Shown here: positions 37,059 through 45,689 of the stretch, one piece after another
Layout of the letters: each line of letters begins with the position of its first letter
Position numbering within the stretch: the first letter of the stretch is position 1
NCBI GenBank assembly: GCA_050259635.1
Contig: JBLNBA010000002.1
Location: 154,906 to 218,905 of the forward strand
Length of the DNA: 64,000 nt
From: Bacillota bacterium
Lineage (GTDB): Bacteria; Patescibacteriota; Patescibacteriia; Patescibacteriales; UBA12465
Direction of reading: 5' to 3'
Program-made: the position numbers and the translations under genes
Notes under the pieces: generated by a model
Seen by the model: only the letters and a program-made list of their open reading frames with translations
What the model was told of the DNA's origin: nothing
The model's database searches: none

Positions 37059-39713
37059 TTACTTCCTTGTTTTGCTTTCGATCGGGCTGACAGTGATAAG
37101 GTCTTTGCCGCTAATATCGATCTTGACCTGATCGCCCTCCTGGATCTGGTTCTCGATTATCCGCAAGGCGAGCTCGTCGAGGATCAGGTTTTGGATTATT
37201 CTCTTTAAGGGGCGGGCACCGTAGGTGCTGTCATATCCTTTTTCGGCTAATACCTTCTTGACTTTAGGGGCGATGCGCAGGGTGATATTCTTGGCATTGA
37301 GCCTTTTTTCCACCTTATCAAGTTCCAGGGCGACGATCTTTTCCAGGTCGGCGGCCTTGAGGCTCTTGAAGAGGACGATTTCATCGATGCGGTTAAGAAA
37401 CTCCAATTTGAAGTGTTCGCGGAGGATCTTATCCACTTTGTCTTTCATTTGCTTGGAGCGTTCCTCGTCTTTTTTCGGTTCCTCATTCTCTCCGCCGAAA
37501 CCGATGGAAAATTGCTTGATTACCTCGTTGCCCAGGTTGGAGGTCATGATGATCACCGTATTCTTGAAATTGACCGTGCGTCCTTTGGAATCAGTGAGAC
37601 GACCGTCATCGAGGATCTGCAAGAGCATATTGAACATATCCGGATGGGCCTTTTCGATTTCATCGAGCAGGATGACGCTATAGGGATGGCGCCGGACCCG
37701 TTCGGTGAGCTGTCCGCCTTCATCATAGCCGATATATCCGGGAGGGGAACCGATGAGCTTGGCGGCCGAATGCTTTTCCATGTATTCGCTCATGTCGAGG
37801 CGGATAAGAGCATTTTCGTCATCGAAAAGGAAGCGCGCTAAAGCCTTGCCGAGCTCCGTCTTGCCGACGCCGGTAGGACCGATGAAAAGGAATGATCCGA
37901 TCGGGCGCTTTTCTTCATTGATGCTGGCGCGTGAACGGCGGATGGCGCGGGCAACGGCGGCGATCGCTTCATCTTGGCCGATCACTTCGTTACCTAATTC
38001 CTGTTCGGCATTGGCTAATTTTTTCATGTCGTCAGCCAGCATCTTGTTAACCGGGATCCCGGTCCAGCGGGCTACCACTTTGGCGATATCTTCTTCGCCG
38101 ACTTCTTCCTTGAGGATACGTTGACCTTTCTTTTGGATCTTTATTAGGCTGTCTTGCAAGACCTTTATCTTATTTTCTAAATCAGGGATAAGTCCGTACT
38201 TGATTTTTGCCACCTCCGTAAGATCCGCTCCCTGGCGCTGGCTGATTTCGGCGCGCATCTTGAGCTCGTCGATTTCCCGCTTGTGGTCGCGGATGGCCGA
38301 GATGATGTTCTTTTCATTATTCCAATGTAATTCCAGCTGGTTGGCTTTCTCTTTGAGTTTGGCCAGCTCCTGGTTTATACCTCTTAGCTTGGGAGATTTT
38401 TTATCAGACGTAAGCAGGGCCGCCTTATTGATCTCTAATTGTTTGATCCGGCGCTTGAGCTGGTCTAATTCATCCGGCATCGAATCGATTTCCATGCGCA
38501 GGGAAGAAGTGGCCTCATCTATGAGGTCAACGGCTTTATCCGGCAAGAAGCGATCGCTGATATAGCGGTTGGATAATTTGGCGGCGGCGGTCAGGGCGTC
38601 GTCCGTAATGCGGACGCCATGGTGTACTTCGTATTTTTCCTTCAGGCCGCGGAGCATGTTGATAGTATCTTCGACGCTCGGCTCATTGACTATGATAGGT
38701 TGGAAACGGCGTTCTAAGGCAGCGTCTTTTTCGATATATTTCTGGTACTCTTTGGTCGTGGTGGCTCCGATCGTCCGGAGTTCACCTCTAGCCAAGGCAG
38801 GCTTGAGCATGTTGGAGGCATCCATCGATCCTTCCGAGGAGCCAGCTCCGATGAGGGTATGGAGTTCGTCAATAAAGATGATTATGCGTCCATTCTGGCT
38901 TTTAACTTCCTTAAGGACAGCTTTGAGGCGGTCTTCGAATTCTCCTCTAAACTTTGCGCCCGCCACGAGCATACCAAGATCCAGGGTGATGATCTCCTTA
39001 TTCTTTAAGTTCTCGGGAACATCGCCGGCAACAATACGTTGGGCTAATCCTTCGACGATCGCCGTCTTGCCGGTTCCGGCTTCCCCGATTAAAACCGGGT
39101 TGTTCTTAGTGCGGCGAAGCAGCACTTGCATTACGCGCCTCACTTCGGTATCGCGACCCACTACCGGATCAAGCTTCTCTTGCCGGGCAAGCTCCGTGAG
39201 ATTAGTGGTATATTTTTCCAGTACTTTGAATTTTCCTTCGGGAGTGGGATCGGTGATCCGCTCGGTGCCTCGGAGTTCTCCCAGAATAGCGCGTACTTTC
39301 TGGTGTTCAACGCCGAAATTTAAGAGGATGGCTTGGGCCGGCGAAGCGATGCCGATTAATGCTAGCAGGATGTGCTCAGTGGAGATAAATTCATCGCCCA
39401 TGCCGTCTGCTTCCTTTTTTGAGCGTTCCAATATGAGGGCAGTTTCATTCGTTCCTGACACTGCTTGTATCGGTCCGGATTGGATGTCGACTTTGGATTT
39501 TGGCAGTTTCTTGATTTCACCGACCGTGTAATTCTCAAGGATATCCGGGTCGATGGCGAGTTTTTCCAGGACGGGTTTTACCAAGCTTTCCGGCTGTTGG
39601 AGCAGGGCGAGCAGGATATGGACACCTTCGATGTTGGGTTGGCCGAAATTAGCCGCAATCGCTTGGGCGTTTATAATGGCTTCTTGGGATTTTTCCGTAA
39701 ATTTATTAAACAT
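37059..39713 (-). CDS. clpB: chaperone ClpB (two AAA+ domains, long M-domain coiled coil)
   Basis: Clp-N repeats, D1 GEAGTGKT, long coiled coil, D2 [15 protein letters not shown]; 884 aa. Confidence 0.85.
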   Translation of the reverse strand: MFNKFTEKSQEAIINAQAIAANFGQPNIEGVHILLALLQQPESLVKPVLEKLAIDPDILENYTVGEIKKLPKSKVDIQSGPIQAVSGTNETALILERSKKEADGMGDEFISTEHILLALIGIASPAQAILLNFGVEHQKVRAILGELRGTERITDPTPEGKFKVLEKYTTNLTELARQEKLDPVVGRDTEVRRVMQVLLRRTKNNPVLIGEAGTGKTAIVEGLAQRIVAGDVPENLKNKEIITLDLGMLVAGAKFRGEFEDRLKAVLKEVKSQNGRIIIFIDELHTLIGAGSSEGSMDASNMLKPALARGELRTIGATTTKEYQKYIEKDAALERRFQPIIVNEPSVEDTINMLRGLKEKYEVHHGVRITDDALTAAAKLSNRYISDRFLPDKAVDLIDEATSSLRMEIDSMPDELDQLKRRIKQLEINKAALLTSDKKSPKLRGINQELAKLKEKANQLELHWNNEKNIISAIRDHKREIDELKMRAEISQRQGADLTEVAKIKYGLIPDLENKIKVLQDSLIKIQKKGQRILKEEVGEEDIAKVVARWTGIPVNKMLADDMKKLANAEQELGNEVIGQDEAIAAVARAIRRSRASINEEKRPIGSFLFIGPTGVGKTELGKALARFLFDDENALIRLDMSEYMEKHSAAKLIGSPPGYIGYDEGGQLTERVRRHPYSVILLDEIEKAHPDMFNMLLQILDDGRLTDSKGRTVNFKNTVIIMTSNLGNEVIKQFSIGFGGENEEPKKDEERSKQMKDKVDKILREHFKLEFLNRIDEIVLFKSLKAADLEKIVALELDKVEKRLNAKNITLRIAPKVKKVLAEKGYDSTYGARPLKRIIQNLILDELALRIIENQIQEGDQVKIDISGKDLITVSPIESKTRK

Positions 39714-39736
39714 AATTTATTGATTGAGTTTAAAGA

Positions 39737-39763
39737 TAGTTTAGCACTCTGTCATCTTGACTG
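39737..39763. promoter_or_regulatory. CIRCE-like HrcA operator TTAGCACTC-N9-GACTGCTAA upstream of clpB
   Basis: matches CIRCE consensus TTAGCACTC-N9-GAGTGCTAA at 17 of 18 positions. Confidence 0.65.
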
Positions 39764-39887
39764 CTAAGCAATGTACTAGGTTAATAATACTCCAGGATGA
39801 GGCAAAAGTCAATCCATCGCCGTTTATATCAGTGTTCTCAAGCCTTGGTCAGGAGTCGTATTTAATGGTATAATTAAACTAAATTAT

Positions 39888-40259
39888 ATGATCAGAGCAA
39901 ATATCTTATCATCCGGCCTCGAGTTCTTCGCCCGCTTTGCTTGGGGCTTGGTCTATTTCCCCTTATGGTGGTATGGCGCCGGCTTCATACGGCACGCGGG
40001 GCGCGTCTGGCGCTTCCTCAAGGATGAGGAAAGAGCCCTGGGTTTTTCCGTCTGGGCAAGAAACTGGCTGGTGCCGATGTATGGCCAATCGGATTTTGTC
40101 GGGCGCCTGATCAGCTTTGTGATGAGGACGGTTCAAATTATTGCCCGAGGGGCCTTACTTTTCATTTGGGCGCTCCTCGGCCTTCTACTGGCTATTCTTT
40201 GGCTTGCGTTGCCGCCGGTAATTATCCTAGCTTGCGCTTATCAATTAATCGGGGAGTAA
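39888..40259 (+). CDS. small membrane protein co-transcribed with the Clp-like ATPase
   Basis: 3 TM segments; extended -10 TGGTATAAT upstream; 4-nt gap to the next gene. Confidence 0.45.
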   Translation: MIRANILSSGLEFFARFAWGLVYFPLWWYGAGFIRHAGRVWRFLKDEERALGFSVWARNWLVPMYGQSDFVGRLISFVMRTVQIIARGALLFIWALLGLLLAILWLALPPVIILACAYQLIGE

Positions 40260-40263
40260 ACCT

Positions 40264-42924
40264 ATGGAACAAAGGGAACTTCAATTCGAGACCGTTGGCG
40301 GACGTTTTGGCACTTGGCATCTGGGGCGCTTCCTCTATTGGGAGCAACCGCTAAGCCGCTCCAAAGTGACTTCCCGGCGCTTGCGCGAGAAAGCGGACCG
40401 CCTCGTGGATGGCGCCGCTTTTCTGGTATTGGCTGCCGGCTGGTTGTCCCTTATCGCTTGGGTTTATCTCAATTTTGGGTCTATCGCCTCGGATCCTTCT
40501 TCCTTGTTAACCTTCTTTGAAAATCGTCACCCGCTGCTTCTGACTTTCTTCTTTTCTCTCTGGTTCGATCTTTTCCTTTTCTATCGTAAAAGCGAAGCCT
40601 CCTTCCAAAGACAAAAGATTAATTACCGCATTCTCAAAGAGGAAAATAGCAAAGGCAAACAGGATCTCGAGGTTTCCGCTGCTTCCGGGGCGGCTTTGAG
40701 GCGGACGCTCGAAGATTCCTTTTTGATCGCCGCTAAGCTTAAGCAAACGGAAGTCTCGGTCATGCATTTTTTCCGGGCGCTGCTCCTTGATCCGAAAGTG
40801 CAGGAGATGTTCATCCGTTTAGGGATAGATGCCCGGGCTTTGGCTGGCAAAGTGGAGAAGCACATGAAAGGGAAGCAATCTTCCGACCGGCACCCGGCAA
40901 TATCTGCCGCTTTGCAGCAATGTCTCATCTCCGCCTATGCGGATGCCTTCTATCGCCGGCAGGCCTCGATCGAGCCGCTTAATGCCGTAATGTTCTGCTA
41001 TCATGCGGATAAGCTCCTGGCCGAAATTCTTTATGACCTCGAAGCCGATGCGGATAAAATCGCCAATGCTTGTGAATGGTTGCAGATCAATCGTGAATTG
41101 GCCGAGCGCTTACATTCTTTCAGCCGCTCCGCCGCCCTAAAGCCAAAGGGCAGCATGGATCGGGCATATACGGCGGTTGCTTCTCCGACCCTCGATCATT
41201 TTTCCCATGATCTGACCCTGGCTGCAAAATATGGAAGGCTTGAACTTTGCGTGGGGCGCCAGGTGGAGACGGATTCGATCTTTGAGATTATGGAGAGCGG
41301 CCAATGCGGCGTGCTCCTGGTGGGACATAGCGGCAGCGGTAAAACCTCAGTCATCAACGGCATTGCCCAGCTGATGGTTGAGGAGCGAGTCCCTAAATTC
41401 TTGCAGGATAAGCGTTTAGTCGAAATTGATGTTTCACGCTTAGTATCCGGCGCTACGGCTGCGGAGGCGGAATCTCGCCTTCTATCTAGCATCTCGGAAG
41501 CTTCCCGGGCCGGCAATATTGTTTTACATATCGCTAACGTCGAGAACTTGGTGGGAATAAGCGCCGGCAGCGAACAGAGCTTGGATTTATCCGAAGTCTT
41601 GGCTGAAGCTTTAACCCGCCGAGCCGTATATTGCTTGGCGACCATTTCTTCGGCGAATTATGCGGCGGTAATCGAGAAGAGCGCTTTGGGCGAAGCGATG
41701 ACCACCGTGGGAATAAAGGAACCGGCAGATAACCAAGCGATCCAAATGGTCGAGAGCAAAGTATCTTCCCTCGAGGGTGGCTACGGAGTCTTCATTACCT
41801 ATGGAGCTGTGGAGGCGAGTGTGAAATTATCCCAGCGTTTCATCCATGATAAGGCACTGCCTGAGAAAGCGGTCACACTATTGCGCGATGCTGTGATCCG
41901 GGTTGCCAAGCTGAGGAAACATGATCCTCGGCATTCCATCTGCCTGCGTGAACACGTCGCCGGCGCTTTGAGCGAAAAGACAGGAATTCCCCTGCAGAAG
42001 CTTACTGAAGATGAGGGCAAGAAACTTCTGTCTTTGGAAGAAAATATCCACCAGCGCATGGTGGGGCAGGAAGAAGCAGTGGCGGCGGTTTGCGCCAGCT
42101 TGCGCCGTGCCCGTGCGGAAATGAAAGATGCGAAACGGCCTATCGCCAGTTTCCTCTTCTTGGGACCGACTGGCGTGGGCAAGACGGAACTGGCAAAGAC
42201 GGTATCGGAAGTATATTTCGGTCGGGAGGATTATATGATCCGCTTGGACATGAGCGAATACCAAGACGCTGGAAGCACCAGGAAGATGATCGGCGATGTC
42301 GACGGAACGTTAGGTTTTTTGACTGAAGCGGTTAGAAAGAAGCCTTTCTCTCTCATCCTTCTGGATGAAATCGAAAAGGCCCATCCGGATATCTTGAATC
42401 TCTTCTTGCAAATGCTGGATGACGGGCGCCTTACGGACGGCCAAGGAAGGACGATCAGTTTTACGGAATCTATCATTATTGCCACCTCTAACATTGGCGC
42501 CTTGTATATCCAGGAGCAGATCAAAACCGGTACCGATATCAAGCAGATCCGGCAAGAGCTTATCGATAACCAGCTGAACAAGCACATGCGTCCGGAACTC
42601 ATCAACCGCTTTGACGGAATTATTGTTTTCAAGCCTCTTACGGAAGAAAATCTTTACCAGATTGCAACTTTGATGCTAAAAGGCATAAAGAAGCGCTTGG
42701 CCGAAAAAGGCGTTGGCCTCCAAGCGGATAGGATGGGCGCGCAGAAATTGGCTAAGGCAGGATATGATCCGAAGTTCGGCGCTCGCCCCTTGCGTCGTTT
42801 GCTGCAGGAAAAAGTTGAAGACAAGATCGCTAATAAGATCTTAGCCGGTGAACTGAAGCGACGCGATACGGTGGTTATCGACGCGCAAGCGGAGATTGCC
42901 GTAGTAAAAGGGAAGGAGTTGTAG
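40264..42924 (+). CDS. membrane-anchored ClpA/B/C-family AAA+ ATPase paralog (N-terminal TM segments, Clp-N repeats, two AAA modules, D1 Walker B degenerate)
   Basis: 2 N-terminal TM; D1 GHSGSGKT but HIANVEN instead of hhhhDE; D2 canonical ([26 protein letters not shown]). Confidence 0.6.
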   Translation: MEQRELQFETVGGRFGTWHLGRFLYWEQPLSRSKVTSRRLREKADRLVDGAAFLVLAAGWLSLIAWVYLNFGSIASDPSSLLTFFENRHPLLLTFFFSLWFDLFLFYRKSEASFQRQKINYRILKEENSKGKQDLEVSAASGAALRRTLEDSFLIAAKLKQTEVSVMHFFRALLLDPKVQEMFIRLGIDARALAGKVEKHMKGKQSSDRHPAISAALQQCLISAYADAFYRRQASIEPLNAVMFCYHADKLLAEILYDLEADADKIANACEWLQINRELAERLHSFSRSAALKPKGSMDRAYTAVASPTLDHFSHDLTLAAKYGRLELCVGRQVETDSIFEIMESGQCGVLLVGHSGSGKTSVINGIAQLMVEERVPKFLQDKRLVEIDVSRLVSGATAAEAESRLLSSISEASRAGNIVLHIANVENLVGISAGSEQSLDLSEVLAEALTRRAVYCLATISSANYAAVIEKSALGEAMTTVGIKEPADNQAIQMVESKVSSLEGGYGVFITYGAVEASVKLSQRFIHDKALPEKAVTLLRDAVIRVAKLRKHDPRHSICLREHVAGALSEKTGIPLQKLTEDEGKKLLSLEENIHQRMVGQEEAVAAVCASLRRARAEMKDAKRPIASFLFLGPTGVGKTELAKTVSEVYFGREDYMIRLDMSEYQDAGSTRKMIGDVDGTLGFLTEAVRKKPFSLILLDEIEKAHPDILNLFLQMLDDGRLTDGQGRTISFTESIIIATSNIGALYIQEQIKTGTDIKQIRQELIDNQLNKHMRPELINRFDGIIVFKPLTEENLYQIATLMLKGIKKRLAEKGVGLQADRMGAQKLAKAGYDPKFGARPLRRLLQEKVEDKIANKILAGELKRRDTVVIDAQAEIAVVKGKEL

Positions 42925-42927
42925 GAT

Positions 42928-42960
42928 AAAAAAATCGGCCCCTTTTTATAAGGCCGATAT
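42928..42960 (-). terminator. terminator for the minus-strand 101-aa gene (ATCGGCC-loop-GGCCGAT; T-run on minus strand)
   Basis: 7-bp stem; T8 run on minus strand. Confidence 0.55.
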
Positions 42961-42964
42961 ATCA

Positions 42965-43270
42965 TTACGATCGGGAACGCGCAACCTTCCGGTTGAACAT
43001 TGCAGTTTTGAAAATTTTTTGTACCCTTTGGCAACGCTCTATCTTGCTGTTGATGTGCGATAGATTGGCTTCGATGCCTAGGAGTGAGCAACCTTCTTTG
43101 ATAAGAGTGTCTCTTATCCGGTCTCTTTCGTTTCCCAGTTCCTTGTCCCTGACATGCAGAAGATGAGTTATTTCTCCCAAGTCCGAAGGGGATAATTTCC
43201 GAATATCATCACTGATATCGTCTTCTCTGTTTAAATAGTAATCAATACGTTTTGCTGCTTTGTTTCTCAT
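42965..43270 (-). CDS. hypothetical 101-aa protein
   Basis: ORF followed by its own terminator; divergent from the wecA-like gene. Confidence 0.4.
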   Translation of the reverse strand: MRNKAAKRIDYYLNREDDISDDIRKLSPSDLGEITHLLHVRDKELGNERDRIRDTLIKEGCSLLGIEANLSHINSKIERCQRVQKIFKTAMFNRKVARSRS

Positions 43271-43316
43271 GTGTGTTTTAAATTTACTACGATAATCTTA
43301 ACAGTTAATATCAATT

Positions 43317-44888
43317 TTGTCAATTACGTCTATGTTACCTTATATTACTACCTTCATTGCCATTTCTATAATTTCCTTCCTTGTTGGCAGGGGTGTGATT
43401 AGCGTAGCTGAGCGTTTTCATATTGTAGATAGTCCGGATGGAGTTAGAAAGCTGCAATCCAAACCGATTCCTCTTCTCGGAGGGACGGCGATCTTTATTT
43501 CCTTCTTCACCGGCCTGGCAGTTTTCTTGCCGACACTCCTTTCTGGGGACCTGGACATATCTCATTGGATCGGTTTCTTCGCGGGGGCATCCGTCCTGAT
43601 GCTCGGCGGGTTCTTAGATGACAAATATGATCTCAACCCACGCATCCAGATTATTTTTCCCATCATAGCTTCCATTGCTCCCATTATCGGCGGGGTTGGT
43701 ATTGAGCGCTTATCCAATCCTTTCGGCGGTATTTTTGCCGTTCCGGCCTTACTAAGCGCGGCGCTAATCATGGTCTGGCTCTTGGGGATGATGTACACGA
43801 CAAAATTATTGGACGGCGTGGACGGGTTGGTGAGCGGCCTGGGGGTGATCGGTGCTTTGGTTATATTTTTATTCACCTCCACTACCAGATATTTCCAGCC
43901 GGACATTGCCCTAGCAGCATGGATTTTCTCTGCCGCTTGCCTGGGCTTTTTGGTTCTGAATTTTAATCCCGCCAAGATCTATTTAGGGGAAGGGGGCTCG
44001 CTTTTGATCGGTTATGTGCTCGGAGTCTTGGCGATTATTTCCGGCGGGAAGATCGCTATCGCCTTGCTCGTGATGGGCCTGCCTGTCCTTGATGTCGCCT
44101 GGACGATCGTCCGTCGCCTTTTGCGGGGTAGAAATCCCTTCCGCTTCGCCGATCGCTCTCACTTGCATCATCGATTGCTGGATTTAGGGTTATCACCGCG
44201 GCAGACAGTAGTCATATTTTATGCCTTTGCGGCCGCCTTCGGAGCTAGCGGCCTTTTCCTGCAGAGTCGGGGCAAGCTGGTGGCTCTTTCTTTGCTGCTT
44301 GCCATCATGCTCGCCTTGGTGATTTTCTTTTCCCAATATGAGAGGCGCAAGCGCCCCCGCCTCCTTTTCCATGTCTGTTGCGCCCCATGCGCTTCTTATT
44401 CCACCCTTAAGAAGCTTTTACCCCGCTATCGCGTGACTTGGTATTTTCTTAATTCCAACCTGTCTTCTTTCTTGGAATACGAAGCGAGACTGAAAACGGC
44501 AGAGAAGGCCGCGAGGCTTTTGGGGGTCGAACTGATAGCGGTTCCATACGATCATGAAGCGTGGAGCGAAATAGTGAAAGGGCACGAAGATGACCCGGAA
44601 AGAGGTGACCGCTGTCGTATCTGTTATCGCGACCGCCTATCTAATGCTTATAAGTTTGCACAGGACGGCGGCTATGAATTCTTTTCCACGAGCTTGCTGG
44701 TGAGCCCATATAAGGATGACAAGGCTATCCGGGAAATCTGCCGTTCACTGGAGAAAGAAGGGGGGCCGAAATTCCATGACGAGGATTTCCAAGCCGATGA
44801 CGGCTTCCACCGTTCGATCGCTTGGGCGAAAGAAAAGGGGCTGTATTTGCAGAAGTATTGCGGCTGTGAATTTAGTCTAAGAAAATAA
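43317..44888 (+). CDS. fusion: WecA/MraY-family polyprenyl-phosphate N-acetylhexosamine-1-phosphate transferase (N-terminal) + QueH(DUF208)-like Cys-rich domain (C-terminal)
   Basis: GT4 motifs DDKYD, KLLDGVDGLVSG, ADRSHLHHRL; C-terminal LLFHVCCAPCASY ... CRICY ... YCGCEFS resembles epoxyqueuosine reductase QueH; start may be at 43332. Confidence 0.55.
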   Translation: MSITSMLPYITTFIAISIISFLVGRGVISVAERFHIVDSPDGVRKLQSKPIPLLGGTAIFISFFTGLAVFLPTLLSGDLDISHWIGFFAGASVLMLGGFLDDKYDLNPRIQIIFPIIASIAPIIGGVGIERLSNPFGGIFAVPALLSAALIMVWLLGMMYTTKLLDGVDGLVSGLGVIGALVIFLFTSTTRYFQPDIALAAWIFSAACLGFLVLNFNPAKIYLGEGGSLLIGYVLGVLAIISGGKIAIALLVMGLPVLDVAWTIVRRLLRGRNPFRFADRSHLHHRLLDLGLSPRQTVVIFYAFAAAFGASGLFLQSRGKLVALSLLLAIMLALVIFFSQYERRKRPRLLFHVCCAPCASYSTLKKLLPRYRVTWYFLNSNLSSFLEYEARLKTAEKAARLLGVELIAVPYDHEAWSEIVKGHEDDPERGDRCRICYRDRLSNAYKFAQDGGYEFFSTSLLVSPYKDDKAIREICRSLEKEGGPKFHDEDFQADDGFHRSIAWAKEKGLYLQKYCGCEFSLRK

Positions 44889-44889
44889 T

Positions 44890-45639
44890 ATGAAGGGCAT
44901 TGCCATTATAATTATCGTCGGCCTATTCTCGTTTTCGCTGCCGGCATTTGCCAACGGCCTGCCGGATGGCGACCGGGATGGCGTGCCTGATAGGGATGAG
45001 AAAGAGATCTATCATACCAACCCTGCTTCGTCCGATACCGATGGCGATGGTTTTAAGGATTTCGAAGAAATCACTACCGGTTATTCGCCGGTAAATCCCA
45101 AGCCTGTCAGGCTGATTGATAGCGATATCGACAATGACGGCTTAACGGAAGCTTGGGAAATTAAATTTAAGTCAGATCCTTTTGTTGCCGATACCGATGG
45201 CGATGGGAAAAAAGATGGCGAAGAGGTGGACAAGGGTTATGATCCGGTAGCCGGAGAGGGAGCGAAATTAACGAAGAGCCTGCGAATCTCTTTGGGGGCG
45301 CAGAAGCTGGATTATCTCCTAAACGGCTATTCTTGGAAAAGCTTCCCGATATCCAGCGGTCGTCCGGACATGCCGACCACGAAAGGCGAATTCATTATCA
45401 GCAATAAGATTGAGAAGGCGTGGTCCAAATCATACGGCCTGTGGATGCCATATTGGCTTGGTCTCGCCGGGACGAGGATGGGCATTCATGAGCTTCCCGT
45501 CTGGCCCAATGGTTACCGGGAAGGGGAGAATCATCTTGGCAAGCCCGTATCACATGGCTGCGTCCGGCTCGGCGTGGGGGCGGCCAAATATATATATGAA
45601 AGGATGGAACCCGGAGAAAAGGTTGAGATAGTAAGATGA
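44890..45639 (+). CDS. L,D-transpeptidase (YkuD domain) with N-terminal thrombospondin-type-3-like Ca-binding repeats
   Basis: repeats DTDGDGxxD; catalytic SHGCVRL. Confidence 0.7.
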   Translation: MKGIAIIIIVGLFSFSLPAFANGLPDGDRDGVPDRDEKEIYHTNPASSDTDGDGFKDFEEITTGYSPVNPKPVRLIDSDIDNDGLTEAWEIKFKSDPFVADTDGDGKKDGEEVDKGYDPVAGEGAKLTKSLRISLGAQKLDYLLNGYSWKSFPISSGRPDMPTTKGEFIISNKIEKAWSKSYGLWMPYWLGLAGTRMGIHELPVWPNGYREGENHLGKPVSHGCVRLGVGAAKYIYERMEPGEKVEIVR

Positions 45640-45689
45640 AGATTTGTGAATTGGGAATAACTATATTATCATTATAGGGAAATAATCAT

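Noticed and set aside
37225-39531. Multiple long plus-strand ORFs (152, 142, 123, 121 and 320 aa) inside clpB
   Set aside because: They are antisense to a confidently identified ClpB gene. They have Ser/Arg-rich, low-complexity translations typical of shadow ORFs.
40264-42924. Calling the second Clp homolog ClpC or ClpA, a ClpP partner
   Set aside because: It has a ClpB-like long middle region between the AAA modules, and no obvious IGF/LGF ClpP-docking loop was found. It is left as an unclassified Clp/Hsp100 paralog.
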